Positions 29,942 through 38,479 of a stretch of DNA of 64,000 bases are shown here, in pieces (positions within the stretch are counted from its first letter, which is position 1; every line of letters starts with the position of its first letter). The DNA comes from an uncultured virus (IMG/VR IMGVR_UViG_3300005461_000009) (Duplodnaviria; Heunggongvirae; Uroviricota; Caudoviricetes): IMG/VR virus record IMGVR_UViG_3300005461_000009, one strand, 5' to 3'. Made by a program: the position numbers and the translations under genes. The notes under the pieces were generated by a model. The model saw only the letters and a list, made by a program, of their open reading frames with translations, did no database searches and was not told the DNA's origin.

Positions 29942-31056
29942 GCTGTTTTCCTTTCTTTATCTGCAAATTTTTTATTCCATTTATCAATTGCTTCTTGGTC
30001 TTCTGATGTTACAGGATCGTTAAATCTTCTTCTGGCTTGTACAATATGATTGTTTCGTATCTCAATAGTGACAAGACTCTCTTTAGGATTAGATTTCTTA
30101 CGCAAGAACATAATATGACATTCTCCATCAATAACTTTATCTATGTAAGAAGCCACACAGTTATTTTGTGCTACTGCCTCATCTTTAATTTCTTGTGTGC
30201 TATCAGGATAAATAAACTGATAATCCCCAAATATACATTCCAAATTCTTATTTATTCTTGTCTTAAATATCTCCTCAGAAAATTCTTTCTTTAATCTATT
30301 ATAATTTCTACATGCAATCTTATGTGTAGTAAGAAAATTCCGTGGATATTTATCAAATTTTGGACTGATCGTATTCATCATTCTTGCATAATCTACCAAT
30401 TCACCAAGTAAATGACGCATATCTTCTATTGCTTCAAAAGTTTTTAGAGTGTCAAGATACAGCAACAATGCTTTCGGATTATATCCATATTCTTCAATCA
30501 ACTTATTAAAATAGGAAAAGTAATTACTAATCCCATCAACATAATCATAACTTTCTCTCATTAAAATTTTATTGATGTCTTCATCTGTTAAAGATATATA
30601 ATCAAGCTGATACGCCAGAAAATGAGCATCAGGATTTCTTTTCCAATAATCACAAAATCTATCTGATATTTTTATTTGTCTATCTCTCGCTATTTTGATT
30701 AAAGATTTTGGAATATCATTGATTGTTTTTGTAAAATTTCTATCTACAATACTATCGAATCCTGCTGAAAATATCTGTTCAAATTTTGAATACTGTGGAA
30801 CTTTTGAAAGAATTGTACCTATATTTGATATGTAATTTGGGTATCTATTCTGTACAAATTTGAGAAATTTAGCATATTTTTCATCAGCACAATACTCAAT
30901 TATCTGATTCATTGTTATGCCTGATAATTGGCTCTGCAATCCTTTTACTGGTTTACCTTTGATCCCTATACAAGTTTTTGTGGCAAAATCATATTTGACA
31001 GTCCTTCCATCTTCAAAATCAAATATTAAGAACTGTTTCTCTTTGTAAACTCTCGT
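29938..31056 (-). CDS. PcfJ-like domain protein; probable ACG/ATA start
   Basis: E...QNNCVASY...I.FLR...SLVTIEI...I.QA motif; frame open to ATA-ACG after GAGGTG. Confidence 0.72.
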   Translation of the reverse strand, partial: TRVYKEKQFLIFDFEDGRTVKYDFATKTCIGIKGKPVKGLQSQLSGITMNQIIEYCADEKYAKFLKFVQNRYPNYISNIGTILSKVPQYSKFEQIFSAGFDSIVDRNFTKTINDIPKSLIKIARDRQIKISDRFCDYWKRNPDAHFLAYQLDYISLTDEDINKILMRESYDYVDGISNYFSYFNKLIEEYGYNPKALLLYLDTLKTFEAIEDMRHLLGELVDYARMMNTISPKFDKYPRNFLTTHKIACRNYNRLKKEFSEEIFKTRINKNLECIFGDYQFIYPDSTQEIKDEAVAQNNCVASYIDKVIDGECHIMFLRKKSNPKESLVTIEIRNNHIVQARRRFNDPVTSEDQEAIDKWNKKFADKERKTA

Positions 31057-31101
31057 TATCTATCACCTCTTTTTCTGCCTTAAAATCTCGATTTCATTTC
31101 T

Positions 31102-31149
31102 ATACCATATATAGCAACCATTCATCCAACCGAACACTATATATGGTAT
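31102..31149. promoter_or_regulatory. Tandem NrdR-box-like pair
   Basis: CCATATATAG (31105) and ACACTATATATGGT (core 31137); cores 32 bp apart. Confidence 0.55.
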
Positions 31150-31153
31150 ATTT

Positions 31154-32056
31154 TTATTGTTCAGATACTATCTTTTTGAACATTTCATCTACAGAGTCCA
31201 ATAAATCATATCTCTTATCAAAATCGGCAGTAGAACTTCTTGCAAATTTCTGTTCAACCATATCAATATAATATGTCATGCTGCCATCATCCCCCATGTA
31301 AAACTCATCCCCCTCTTCCTGGCTCATTAATCTCTTAACTTCAAGCTGATCAATAGCCAGATTATCGAAACTCACTACTTTGAAACGCTCAATGATTCCA
31401 CCAAGATTTTCTTTCAGCCACATTTGCTTAATAATGATATTTTCGTGATCCTCACTATACCATTCACCACCACGCCTTAACTGCTTATATCCAAGGATAA
31501 GCATCTTCAAATTCTTATCAAATAACATTTCTACGTCTGAAGGCTTGAGAATACCGTTAATCACATGTATAACTGCATTTGGATATTGCTGAATTAGTGA
31601 TATAAATTCATCTGTTGGATTTACAAGAGATACACCAAGACCATATATTAGTTTTTCATCAACCAACTTCTTAATCAATTCCTGTTTCTGTTCAAAGTGT
31701 CGCTGGTTTACGGTCATATTTACAACGGCTTTCCTATCCTTCAGCTTATGTAAAAATGGAATCAGATCTGGATGGCTCGTTGCATCACCACCACCAAGCG
31801 CAACCTCCTGATACGGATGTAAAGTTTCAATAAACTTCTGGTTCAGAATATCTCCATGTTTACCATTCTTTGTGCTACCCTCATGACAGAAATTACATCC
31901 CATATCACAATAATTACTTATCTTGATATCCATATTCTCTGCAAAATCAGGGATAAACTCATCATCTTCTGTTTCTCTAATCTTGGTTCCATCTGAGAAT
32001 AACTTAGTGGTAAAATTCCCATTCTTATAAATTCCCAACAGATTCATTTCTACCAT
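31154..32056 (-). CDS. Radical SAM protein
   Basis: CDMGCNFCH (CxxxCxxC), EVALGGGD, TVN. Confidence 0.85.
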   Translation of the reverse strand: MVEMNLLGIYKNGNFTTKLFSDGTKIRETEDDEFIPDFAENMDIKISNYCDMGCNFCHEGSTKNGKHGDILNQKFIETLHPYQEVALGGGDATSHPDLIPFLHKLKDRKAVVNMTVNQRHFEQKQELIKKLVDEKLIYGLGVSLVNPTDEFISLIQQYPNAVIHVINGILKPSDVEMLFDKNLKMLILGYKQLRRGGEWYSEDHENIIIKQMWLKENLGGIIERFKVVSFDNLAIDQLEVKRLMSQEEGDEFYMGDDGSMTYYIDMVEQKFARSSTADFDKRYDLLDSVDEMFKKIVSEQ

Positions 32057-32062
32057 CCTTTC

Positions 32063-32434
32063 TTAATCGTGACCGTAATATCCAAATGCTACAACTTCTT
32101 CACCGTTTTGAGTGGTATACTTTTTCTCATATGTCTCATACCAATCATTTTCAAAATATTTTTCACAAGTTTTGATTCCTTCATCTGAAAAAATATCATC
32201 TACTGTATCCTCATTTTCCCAATTAACCTTTTCATATCGTGGTGTTCCATCATGCCACTTCATTTTTTTCATTTCTTCAATGATTTCTTCTTTGGTTCCA
32301 AATTTATTTTCCTCTTCCCAATATAATACTTCGCCGTTCTCCCACTTTTTGTACTCTTCTCCAGAACACATTGTTAAACTATGTACTGAACTACTATTTG
32401 TCTCGAATACTCCACGTCTTACTTCCCTCTTCAT
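32063..32434 (-). CDS. TNSSS-motif protein
   Basis: Starts MKREVRRGVFETNSSSVHSL. Confidence 0.8.
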   Translation of the reverse strand: MKREVRRGVFETNSSSVHSLTMCSGEEYKKWENGEVLYWEEENKFGTKEEIIEEMKKMKWHDGTPRYEKVNWENEDTVDDIFSDEGIKTCEKYFENDWYETYEKKYTTQNGEEVVAFGYYGHD

Positions 32435-32450
32435 AAAATAAACTTCCTCC

Positions 32451-32897
32451 TTAATCACAATCTGTTTTTAATGACACATACTTATTGAATACAAAATTGA
32501 TAACCGCATCCTCATCATAAACATTGACAATTTCAATATTGCCATAGGGCTGCGACTGATGATCAATCTCTGGTTCCTGTTCTCCTAAAATCTTAATTCC
32601 TGTCGCACCTGTATATTTACAAATAGCATCCTGAATTTCTCTAAATTCCCACTTGTCATAAATATCAGATATATCATATCCTGACAGATAATATAAACAA
32701 GTAATCAGATAGGAAAGTTTGTCATATTGTGATGTATAAATACGTTTGTCTTTTCCAAACTGTCCAAAATCAATTTCTATTTCTCCATCCTTATTCAGTT
32801 TGAATTCACTCGGTTCCCTGCCCTCATTAGAAATAACCAAACTGTGAACCGAAGACGAATTTGTTTCAAATACACCTTTTCTAATCTTCCTTTTCAT
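32451..32897 (-). CDS. TNSSS-motif protein
   Basis: Starts MKRKIRKGVFETNSSSVHSL. Confidence 0.8.
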   Translation of the reverse strand: MKRKIRKGVFETNSSSVHSLVISNEGREPSEFKLNKDGEIEIDFGQFGKDKRIYTSQYDKLSYLITCLYYLSGYDISDIYDKWEFREIQDAICKYTGATGIKILGEQEPEIDHQSQPYGNIEIVNVYDEDAVINFVFNKYVSLKTDCD

Positions 32898-32904
32898 TGA
32901 TCCC

Positions 32905-33618
32905 TTAATCCTCTCTTGGATATTCATGATCAATCATATCCATATTTACTAGCCCTGTTTGCTTCATATTGTCCCAATAGCAATATTCATCACCGTCTTG
33001 AATGACGACATATTTCTTATTTATAAGATATTCTTCAAGAGAAATACCTTCATGCTCTAAAAATCCACTTAGAATATCTTCATCAACATATCCTGTACAT
33101 GGTTTGTCATAATGCCACCAGCCATTTGAAGATTTCCAATACTCAAGTTCAAAACCCCAATCCTTTTCTTTCTGTGATAAATATTCTTTTAGTTCATCTT
33201 CTGTCTTACCATACTTCTGATAATAGTCATCGTTTTTATGTTCTTCATCATTTTTATCTGCAATACTATCACTGTCCATTGGCAGTTTGATCTTTTTAAG
33301 ACCTGGTATATATTTCAATGCAAGTGCAACGAGTTCTTTATAAACATCATCATTATAGTCATGAACCAACGAAGCACACGCATACAACCATTTATCTGTA
33401 AATGTTCCCAAAGCCCTAAATGGACTCCTACCAAATTCCAAATCGTGATCCCAAGGCTCCCAAACACAAGATTCCTCGCCTGTATCTTCGTCTTTACATA
33501 AATATATTCCGTCTAAAAATTCTTCTGGAGTATATTTATCATCTCTCTTCATAACTGTTAAACTATGCATAGAACTCGAATTTGTTTCAAAAACATTTCT
33601 TCTAATCTGTCTCTTCAT
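32905..33618 (-). CDS. TNSSS-motif protein
   Basis: Starts MKRQIRRNVFETNSSSMHSL. Confidence 0.8.
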   Translation of the reverse strand: MKRQIRRNVFETNSSSMHSLTVMKRDDKYTPEEFLDGIYLCKDEDTGEESCVWEPWDHDLEFGRSPFRALGTFTDKWLYACASLVHDYNDDVYKELVALALKYIPGLKKIKLPMDSDSIADKNDEEHKNDDYYQKYGKTEDELKEYLSQKEKDWGFELEYWKSSNGWWHYDKPCTGYVDEDILSGFLEHEGISLEEYLINKKYVVIQDGDEYCYWDNMKQTGLVNMDMIDHEYPRED

Positions 33619-34313
33619 ACTTCTCCTTTCACAACTCTCTCATTCACACTTGCTACAAATTCATTGATCCGCTTGTAGTCTGGATTATCTGGAAGATTTG
33701 TGTTATTCTTTGCATACTCTAACTTCTTCTCATAGACCTTCATACCACGTCTAATCGCATTATTATAAGCAGATGATCCACCCATAATCTTCTTGGAAAT
33801 ACAGATAGAAATTGCAGATTCCAAACTGAATGTATCAGGTTCTCTACATACAGATTTCTCTTTTGTTCCATCTGCAAATGTAACTTCTACAACCTTGTCT
33901 GGCACAATTAGATTTACATCTACAATTCTAATATCTTTCTCTCTACATGTTAAAATTTTTTCAATTGGTAACATTTCTGTATTAAATGCTCCGACATAAT
34001 GATCCATCATATTCTCTCCTCCATAACTTGAACATTTTTTATTTTCTAAATAGTTATAAATTATTTCTCTTAATGGTATTCCAGCTAATAATGCTTCATT
34101 TACTTTATCCAAACTTACAATAAAATCACCCCAACTCGAAGAACGTCTTTGTAAAGTCATGCAAAAATCATCCACAACGCTAGATTCTTCATTAGTAATT
34201 GTTTTCATGATTGTTTTTTGTTTATCAATTTTCCTTCTTATTTCTAATTCTTTTTTCTTACTTTCTGTTATAAATGTTTCTATCCAATTATGCTCAATAT
34301 TTATATTAATCAC
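33615..34313 (-). CDS. Hypothetical protein, possibly chimeric
   Basis: 232-aa ORF; AT-rich 5' half, more GC-rich 3' half. Confidence 0.55.
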   Translation of the reverse strand: MININIEHNWIETFITESKKKELEIRRKIDKQKTIMKTITNEESSVVDDFCMTLQRRSSSWGDFIVSLDKVNEALLAGIPLREIIYNYLENKKCSSYGGENMMDHYVGAFNTEMLPIEKILTCREKDIRIVDVNLIVPDKVVEVTFADGTKEKSVCREPDTFSLESAISICISKKIMGGSSAYNNAIRRGMKVYEKKLEYAKNNTNLPDNPDYKRINEFVASVNERVVKGEV

Positions 34314-34333
34314 CTTCCTTTGAAACGTGGGTT

Positions 34334-34927
34334 TTAAGACTTCTTTTCTTTGCCAATCTCCATAATTAAAATCGTCCCAGAATGTGTTGGACTTGTATTA
34401 GAATTTGCAGTTAAAGTCGATGCATAATCTTTACATTCAGTTCCGTTATATGGAACAAAATATTCTGGAATATAACCATATTTCTCATAAAACTCTGTAT
34501 ATTTCTTTTCGAACCAAGACTTATTTTCTACAATTAACGAGTCTTTCTGTACAGTTGTAATTGCATTAGACAACTCATCATCTCTTACTTCTATTTTCTG
34601 TTCTGTTTTTCCATCTGAATTGTACCTACCACGCATAGCGGCACCTCTTACCTCAACAACTTTTGGTAAATTCCCATGAAATTCAGAAATAAGTGTTGGC
34701 GAATGCCCATATGTTATCTGTGGTTTTTTATTTACCTTTCCTCTATCGTTGATACAAATATCTAAATATTCTTTATCTTTAATACAAGCAACTTTTAATC
34801 CGCTTCTTTGACTTCGCAATGTTGGAACATAATCTTTGTAAAATCTAGCACCATCAAAACCTTGTGTATCATCAATACATATTACTTCTTCGCCACAAGC
34901 AGAATTTACTCCGCTTGTGGTTTGGTA
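34334..34927 (-). CDS. Methyltransferase TRD-repeat module reached by a predicted -1 frameshift
   Basis: PTL/STL TRD-like repeats (VPTLRS, SPTLIS, ASTLTA); frame open up to the slippery site at 34927-34933; no SD of its own seen. Confidence 0.65.
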   Translation of the reverse strand, partial: YQTTSGVNSACGEEVICIDDTQGFDGARFYKDYVPTLRSQRSGLKVACIKDKEYLDICINDRGKVNKKPQITYGHSPTLISEFHGNLPKVVEVRGAAMRGRYNSDGKTEQKIEVRDDELSNAITTVQKDSLIVENKSWFEKKYTEFYEKYGYIPEYFVPYNGTECKDYASTLTANSNTSPTHSGTILIMEIGKEKKS

Positions 34928-34933
34928 AAATTT
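34893..34933 (-). promoter_or_regulatory. Programmed -1 ribosomal frameshift signal
   Basis: In-frame A_AAT_TTT heptamer, 6-nt spacer, 11-bp hairpin CCACAAGCGGA/TCTGCTTGTGG. Confidence 0.75.
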
Positions 34934-36294
34934 CCAGTATTAATGCTTTCATACAATCTGTCCAAACTAGCCTCAAATGCACCAATACCTGAGAAGAAAC
35001 TGCTCAGTTTTAAATCATCAAATAGGTACGGCATTGCCTTATATAACTCAACTAATATGTAATATAAAACATCTACTACTATTGAATTCCCTGATTGTTT
35101 ATAAAGCTGGCTGTTGCTAACAACTTTGCTTGCAGCGTCATATGCCGAATCAGAAAATCCCATAAGCCTGAAAGTTTCTTTTGGCGTTAGTTTGCGGATT
35201 CTAATACCTGTTAAAATTTTATTTCCTTCACCTTTATTTGTTGTTAAAGTTGGTGCTAGTCCATCTTCTGAAAATACATTACCATTCATACCTTTACCAG
35301 ATGGATTTACATTACCAACCTGAACAATCTTAGGTTCATGGCTACCTCCGCCACAAGTATTTAATGTCGGTGAACAACCATCGGGATCATAAATTCTCCC
35401 CACTTGTGGATTCTTCCAATTCCCATTGCAATCAGAAATATTTCCGACTTGTTTTACTACATTTTCATTTACCAATCTGGGATCTTTATAGTCTCTTGAA
35501 GTGAGAGTTGGACAGTAATCATTATATTCCCTTGATTTACCCTCTCTTTTTACCTGACACGGATCATATAGTAAAGAAGTATTAGTATTTAGATTTGTTA
35601 AAAATCTCTGCACTTTATCATCAAAAATATAATATTTTTCATCTACCTCATCTTCCAAAACATCTTTCAAACGAATTCCATTATCAAATTCTCTAGGGAA
35701 CACAAACTTACCGTTGTCTAAGTCTTTCTTGATAAAGATCAGATATACTCGCTCTCTGTTTTGAGGAATACCATAATCTTTTGCGTTCAGCACTTTCCAA
35801 TATGTATTGTAGCCATACTCATGTAACTCATCTTCAAATAATTTGAATGTAGTATCTCTGAATTGTTTACCCACAATATTTTTAACATTTTCATACATTC
35901 CAAAATTAGGTTTATTTCCTCGGATTACTCTCAAATACTCAACAAGAAGTGACGATCTTGTTTTTTCAATATTATTACTTCCACAATTAGGACATTTATC
36001 TCTCTGACTCCAATGTACCGTTAGAGGGTTATATTCATGTCCACAACCATTACAAGTCCACACAGAACCCTTTTGTTTACCAGCTACGCTGAAATCCTGA
36101 CAAGGACTCCCTCCACAAATCATATTAAAATCTTCTAATTTTGTTCCATCAACCTCAGTAATATCACCAAGGTTTAAATTCTCATCTACTCTGTGAATTG
36201 CACAATAGCTTTTAGTCGCATACTTATCAAACTCACAGAAATTTACCAGTTTCCAATTTTTTGATAAACTAAATCTTTTATTATTACTTTCCAA
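34906..36294 (-). CDS. Circularly permuted C5-cytosine DNA methyltransferase with multiple TRD repeats and a Zn-ribbon insert
   Basis: CEFD (II), GGSPCQDFS (IV), ENV (VI), QNRER (VIII), RKLTPKE (IX), YKQSGNS (X), then SFFSGIGAFE (motif I) at the C-terminus. Confidence 0.88.
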   Translation of the reverse strand: MESNNKRFSLSKNWKLVNFCEFDKYATKSYCAIHRVDENLNLGDITEVDGTKLEDFNMICGGSPCQDFSVAGKQKGSVWTCNGCGHEYNPLTVHWSQRDKCPNCGSNNIEKTRSSLLVEYLRVIRGNKPNFGMYENVKNIVGKQFRDTTFKLFEDELHEYGYNTYWKVLNAKDYGIPQNRERVYLIFIKKDLDNGKFVFPREFDNGIRLKDVLEDEVDEKYYIFDDKVQRFLTNLNTNTSLLYDPCQVKREGKSREYNDYCPTLTSRDYKDPRLVNENVVKQVGNISDCNGNWKNPQVGRIYDPDGCSPTLNTCGGGSHEPKIVQVGNVNPSGKGMNGNVFSEDGLAPTLTTNKGEGNKILTGIRIRKLTPKETFRLMGFSDSAYDAASKVVSNSQLYKQSGNSIVVDVLYYILVELYKAMPYLFDDLKLSSFFSGIGAFEASLDRLYESINTGNFTKPQAE

Positions 36295-36356
36295 ATGCCT
36301 TATCTACAAGGCGTTGCAACGCTAATTTATCCGGAATTACTTGTTATATCCTTTCT
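36295..36356 (-). promoter_or_regulatory. Palindrome-bearing leader element (type B)
   Basis: GAAAGGA..ACAAGTAATTC..TAAA..GCGTTGCAACGC-CTTGTA. Confidence 0.6.
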
Positions 36357-36408
36357 CTAATTTGTTATTTTGTGAATCTTTCATGGGTTCATGACTCCCG
36401 TTGAAATA

Positions 36409-37053
36409 TTACCTAATGTTTTTTTCACAAATATCAACAATATGCTCACATAATGCTGATGGAATTTTACTTCGTTCAATACTACCTTTAAGTCCCTGTG
36501 TTCCTGTTTTAGCTCCCCTTGGAGCAGATACATGACATGGATCGCCATTCTTACACATGGGTTTAAACTTAGGATTTGGATGATTAGTCCAGATATCAGT
36601 AGGTTTCATTCTTTCATCGCCATACTGACAATATGTAACCGTATATCGTGGTAAGTCTTGCATCCAAGACATCTTTCTCATGCCACCACGGGGATTTTCG
36701 ATGAAGTAGTATGTAGGATTTAATTCTTTGATAAGCGAAATAACATGTTGATCTACTTTATCACAGAACTTTGCATAATCACTGATAGGTTCAAGACTTC
36801 CTGTTTCTGGATTCTTTCTTCTGTGATGACTAATTGCCGCAATGCTGAAAGTCGTACAGTCAGGACTCGCCCAAATAACATCAGGTTTTCCAAACTTGTT
36901 TAAAATGTCTTGTGCTGTAACTTTACTAATATCTTCATATAGGTCGATGTTTTCAAAATCTTTATTCCATTCAACACTGAAAACTTTATGACCTCTTGCT
37001 TCAAATGCTTTACCAATACTTCTTGTACCTGCGAATAATTCTAATACCTTAAT
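36409..37053 (-). CDS. Short C5-methyltransferase-like protein; ATT start
   Basis: Read by hand: (I)KVLELFAGTRS, WASPDC, IENPRG, KPTDIW, RSKIP; an in-frame TGA lies three codons before the ATT. Confidence 0.8.
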   Translation of the reverse strand: MKVLELFAGTRSIGKAFEARGHKVFSVEWNKDFENIDLYEDISKVTAQDILNKFGKPDVIWASPDCTTFSIAAISHHRRKNPETGSLEPISDYAKFCDKVDQHVISLIKELNPTYYFIENPRGGMRKMSWMQDLPRYTVTYCQYGDERMKPTDIWTNHPNPKFKPMCKNGDPCHVSAPRGAKTGTQGLKGSIERSKIPSALCEHIVDICEKNIR

Positions 37054-37255
37054 TTTTGTTCACCATTACTTAGTAGCTGCGCAGCTTTCTTCACCAGTGA
37101 ACATTCGTATCCTTTCTGTATTTATATTTTTGCCATCTATGGCAATAAAAGATTTAATTCATCGGGTAAAATACCCATTTATGTATCAAAAAAATTCTGA
37201 TACAACGGCTGAGAACCACAACCACTATCCTATCGTTTTACTCTTTAGGAATACT

Positions 37256-37771
37256 TTATTTTACTTTTCTCTCTACAACAACAATCGTGTCATTGTGCCA
37301 TCCTCCATGTGGCACTAATAATATCTCTTCAATATCAAATCCATATTTCTTTCCAATGCCACCACTGTTCCAGCTACAAGTAATAACTATTCCATCTTTC
37401 TTTACAATTCTTCCTATTTGTTCTTTCTGTTTTGACCAATATGAAGCTTGAGTTGTTTGCATATTTACAGTTCTTTCCAATTTTCTATAACATTCCGATA
37501 CTTGGCGAGCACTGTATTGTGGATCATACAATATAGTATCAACGGAACAATCATCAAACATTTTAAGAAAATCTAATGTATCCATATGATAATCAGTATC
37601 ATATTGTGTGTCTAAATCGTTTGTAATTGTTGCTATTTTATTACTGTTTGCAAACAGATCTATAATCTGCCCATACGCATATTTATGTATAAGTTCTTCA
37701 ATCGGTTTGATTGAAAAAGTTTTGCTGTTTGGCATTTGCCAGATTCGATTAATAATCGTTACTACATCACC
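37256..37771 (-). CDS. Small adenine-specific methyltransferase-like protein, possibly degenerate
   Basis: IIDLFAN and YDPQYS where DPFA and DPPY would be expected; HGGWHNDTI tail; frame extends to ACG-ATT after GGTGG. Confidence 0.6.
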   Translation of the reverse strand, partial: GDVVTIINRIWQMPNSKTFSIKPIEELIHKYAYGQIIDLFANSNKIATITNDLDTQYDTDYHMDTLDFLKMFDDCSVDTILYDPQYSARQVSECYRKLERTVNMQTTQASYWSKQKEQIGRIVKKDGIVITCSWNSGGIGKKYGFDIEEILLVPHGGWHNDTIVVVERKVK

Positions 37772-38122
37772 ACCTATATTCTATTTTTTATTTGTGGAAT
37801 TACCGACTTGATTAAATCTAATAGAATTGATATACTAAGACTTATCAAAGCGGTTATCCGTTTTGTTGCTTATAGGCATCTTGCCCACTCGCCAAAGTAT
37901 CAGGATGCCTATTTTATTATTTCTCCATTATTAAACGCTTTAATTAGCATATGTGCTATTTCTGTTTCATAATTACCACACAAACAATTCATATCTGCTA
38001 TTACTCTTGAAAAGAAATCTTTGAATTTATCTGCTTTAAAATCAATTTCATATTCTTTTGGTATTTCTATAGCGATCTTCATACCAAATCATCACCTCCA
38101 GTTAAAATGTTTCTTCTATTGG

Positions 38123-38446
38123 CTAAATATTGTCTTTGATATACTTCACAATATCATCAATGATTTCTTCATCAAATTCTTCAAAATCATCAAGAGATAT
38201 GGTTCCTTCAGAAAAAGCAGTTTTATGTCTTGTTAGATTATACGCATATGTGTCAGATGGAACATCAAAGTAATTCATCAATACATCTTTAAGCCTTTCT
38301 GTAAAGAAATTCTCATATTCATATAACTGATTTGCCAATCTAGCTACTATACCATTTTCATTCTTGGCAACTGTATATTCCGTAAATCCATATCTGTCCA
38401 TGACATCTATTGATCCGTCATTATTTTTACTTAAAATATTTTCCAA
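38123..38446 (-). CDS. Hypothetical protein
   Basis: GAGGTG SD; bracketed by N6 sites 38103 and 38467. Confidence 0.65.
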   Translation of the reverse strand: MENILSKNNDGSIDVMDRYGFTEYTVAKNENGIVARLANQLYEYENFFTERLKDVLMNYFDVPSDTYAYNLTRHKTAFSEGTISLDDFEEFDEEIIDDIVKYIKDNI

Positions 38447-38479
38447 ATTACCACCTCACTTTTACTTGAAACCTTCGTT

